This document shows, one piece after another, positions 61,489-64,000 of a stretch of DNA of 64,000 nucleotides. Made by a program: the position numbers and the translations under genes. Within the stretch, counting starts at the first letter, position 1, and every line of letters begins with the position of its first letter. The notes beneath the pieces were generated by a model. It was not told the DNA's origin, searched no databases, and worked only from the letters and a program-made list of their open reading frames with translations. This stretch comes from an uncultured delta proteobacterium (GTDB taxonomy: Bacteria; Desulfobacterota; Binatia; UBA9968), in assembly GCA_963745035.1 (NCBI GenBank), contig CAVUVW010000014.1:736001-800000 (forward strand), written 5' to 3'.

Positions 61489-61530
61489 ATTTTCCTCCTC
61501 ATAGAAAATTGCGAATTATACTCTCGTGAG

Positions 61531-61654
61531 TTAACGCGTGCCTGGCTCTTTGCTGGAAGGGCCAAAGCCCAGACCGGAAAAGGGCAAAGGTCTGCCGGTC
61601 TCGAGCAGACTCTTGAGACTCGACAGGATGGCCGGCCAGCCGCGCGCTACCGAC
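61531..61654 (-). pseudogene. C-terminal relic of an SRPBCC/AHSA1-like gene
   Basis: VARGWPAILSSLKSLLETGRPL. Confidence 0.55.
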
Positions 61655-62199
61655 TACCCACCTCACTGTTCGAGAATGTCAATTCGACCACGAGTCGTAT
61701 CATTTCTTTTTTGCTGAGAATCTACCGATATGTGTTGCGTATCAATTTCAGTCTTAAGATGCTTAACGCTCAGTTGCGACTGTGCGTTTTGCTCGGATTT
61801 TCGTTGAAATGCGCTTTTTAGTTCCGTCGTTTTATTAAACTTCTATTCTATTGGTAGGACCGATTTCTCTAATCGAGGCACCGGCTCTTGCTAAATCGTC
61901 TAGCTGTATTCGAGATAGGAGCGCACTGATATGTAGCCGGAAGGTTTTCTGCCTCCTCTCTTCGCGCTTGCGAGAGTATTCGCAAAGGATCGTGCTGACC
62001 TTTCGATAAGGACCGCAACTTTAGCCGCAGTCGTATTTATTTTTGGCGACTGCCTTATTTTCACGTTTCCAAAACTGCAGTCGGTCGCATTTTTCGGACG
62101 GCAGTCCGTTGTCAATCGCGCAATCTCCATCGGCACCGTAAATCCATTTCATCCTCCCTAACGTAGATAGATTCAATAACAGCAGTCAAGGAGGTTACG

Positions 62200-63081
62200 A
62201 TGAAAAGGTTTGTATGGATTCTGGTGGTTTTCGTGGCGGCGCTGGCGGCCCAGGCGGCCAATGCGGCTCAGTCGGGCTGTGGCAACGGTGCCCGCCTAGG
62301 CAGCGGTGACGGGTTGAACACTATCCTCGCGCTCACAGATGATCAAAGGCTGTTGCGGTTCCAGGAGTGTAGGACGCGAACCCGCCAGATTGGCAGCATA
62401 GCCGGACTCCAAGCGGGGGACACGGCGCTAGTGGGCATGGATTTCCGCGTGCAGGATGGCCTGCTCTATGGAGTTGGCAATGGCGGGGGCCTCTACACGA
62501 TCGACACCGACACGGCAGTAGCGACCCCGGTCGGGCAGTTGACGGTCGCTCTTAGCGGCAACTTCTTTGGCGTCGACTTTAATCCGGCCGCCAACGCTCT
62601 AAGAATCATCAGCAACACCGGTCAGAATCTGCGGCATCCATTTGCCGGCACTTTGGTGGGTCAGACCCAGCCCGACAGCAGTCTCAACTACGTCGGTGTT
62701 CCGGCAAATGGGGTCACCGGCGCCGCGTATACAAACAACGACCTGGAGCCGAACACGGCGACGACACTATTTACCATCGACACGTCGTTAAACCAAGTCA
62801 ACGTCCAGTCGCCGGCGAATGCCGGCTCGCTTGCGCCGACCGGCATGCTGACTGTAGATGCCGATACGCCGGTCGGATTCGACATCTACACAGAGGTGCG
62901 CAGCGATCAGAACACCAACGATCGGGCCCTCAACAACCGTGGCTTCGCATCGCTGGTGGTGGCTGGTGTAATCGGATTCTATCGAATTAATCTCCTGACC
63001 GGAGAGGCGTTCTTTATCGATGACTTTAGCGATACGGTGATCGACATCGCCATTCCGCTCAATCAGAAGTTGAGGAAGTAG
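62200..63081 (+). CDS. secreted DUF4394-like protein
   Basis: Signal peptide, GMDFRVQDGLLYG, GVDFNPAANALRII, AAYTN; AAGGAGG RBS. Confidence 0.8.
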   Translation: MKRFVWILVVFVAALAAQAANAAQSGCGNGARLGSGDGLNTILALTDDQRLLRFQECRTRTRQIGSIAGLQAGDTALVGMDFRVQDGLLYGVGNGGGLYTIDTDTAVATPVGQLTVALSGNFFGVDFNPAANALRIISNTGQNLRHPFAGTLVGQTQPDSSLNYVGVPANGVTGAAYTNNDLEPNTATTLFTIDTSLNQVNVQSPANAGSLAPTGMLTVDADTPVGFDIYTEVRSDQNTNDRALNNRGFASLVVAGVIGFYRINLLTGEAFFIDDFSDTVIDIAIPLNQKLRK

Positions 63082-63462
63082 ATGAGAAGGGGAGGAAAGG
63101 GGATAGAGGAAGAGAAGCAGACAGCCCAATTTACATGCTGCTTTTCGCGATCCCCTTTTCTCACCCAACCCACCATGGGATAGCAGTTTGGAAGTATCGA
63201 CGCTTAAGCCTAGGGACCTAAAGGGTATTGACGTGGGCGCATTGTGGCATACTCGACCTCCGGGGTTTCGAAGATCCTGACGAGAACTTTGTCCATCTAG
63301 TCAACAGCGTCCCCACCGAAGCTTCCTTACGCGAATCGGGCGAAGACTTTTTTCTGCAGCGAGCTATAGCGCTGATCCGGTGAGCAGGCAATTTACAGTT
63401 CTTCTTCTGCGACCTTATCGAGCTCGCCCCGCGTCCATGCGGTGAGCGATGAAGACGGTCCC

Positions 63463-64000
63463 TTATCCCCAAACCTCACGCGCAGTCCTGACGACGAGTG
63501 CGAGCTTTTGCGTTTGTTCTTCAGGCGAGATCGGGTTGCCGAGAACAGACGAAGCAAAACCACACTGCGTGCTGACGCCGAGCTGCGCCAGGGGAAAATA
63601 CTTGCTCGCCGTCCTGACGCGCCGGCGCAGGTCATCCACGCGCTCAAGCCGGCCTTTTTTAGTGGTGATCAAGCCGAGCACGAGGAATTTGTCTTCGGGT
63701 ATGTCCTTGAGCGCCGCGAACGTGCCCGCGCGATCATCGTCGTATTCGAGCAAGAGTCGCTGTACCTTGAGCCGCTGGAAGAGCCCGCGACTGATCGATT
63801 CGTAACCTCCCTCGGCGAGCCACCGGCCGCCCTGATTGCCGCGTCAGAGATGGAGCGCGAAAGTGACATCTGGAAATCCGGCGATGATCGCATTGTCCAG
63901 CTCGATGCCACGCGTCAACCACTGGTCCAGACTCCATCCTTGCTCTTCGTAGAAACGCCGCGTCTTGGCGTCGAGGATCAGCCCGTAGTGCGGCGCATCG
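63463..64000 (-). CDS. cobalamin-independent methionine synthase II family protein (5' part outside window) with in-frame TGA, probably selenocysteine
   Basis: DAPHY...ALHL*RGNQGGRWLAEGGYE...LEYDDDRAG...LGLITTK...QCGFAS, all in one frame across TGA 63844-63846. Confidence 0.85.
63814..63831 (-). promoter_or_regulatory. candidate bacterial SECIS hairpin
   Basis: GGCGGCC-GGT-GGC(T)CGCC starting 13 nt after the TGA, apical G at about +20. Confidence 0.55.

Overview
GC-rich bacterial chromosome segment. Gene content and paralogue expansions suggest a Deltaproteobacteria-like or Ca. Binatia-like lineage (inference only). Positions 1-35.5 kb look like core genome: panE-like gene and diheme cytochrome c, MoxR, mltG, glgP, an Flp pilin between two paralogous exported proteins, a Tat-exported PaoABC-like molybdoenzyme, a putative MarR-led operon (Fe-S oxidoreductase, nucleoside phosphorylase, extended MtnA, aldolase-SCP2, acyl-CoA ligase, PPTase), a DD-carboxypeptidase, holA-PLD-OB, TPP riboswitch-thiSGE and tRNA-Thr(CGT). 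After the tRNA is an accessory region with an integrase relic, decayed genes (aldolase, VOC, DUF499, RAYT-like, SRPBCC), dispersed repeats, aromatic-catabolism-like enzymes, an HD-GYP protein, and a two-component module bracketed by a ~0.55 kb direct repeat. The best leads are (1) a MetE-II-family methionine synthase at the right edge with an in-frame TGA at the Zn-ligand Cys of HxCRGN followed by a SECIS-like hairpin (candidate selenoprotein) and (2) the lipid-linked DHAP-shunt-like operon at 19.1-26.8 kb. Many genes carry single-base frameshifts that look like assembly indel errors. All calls come from reading motifs by eye; no database searches were run.
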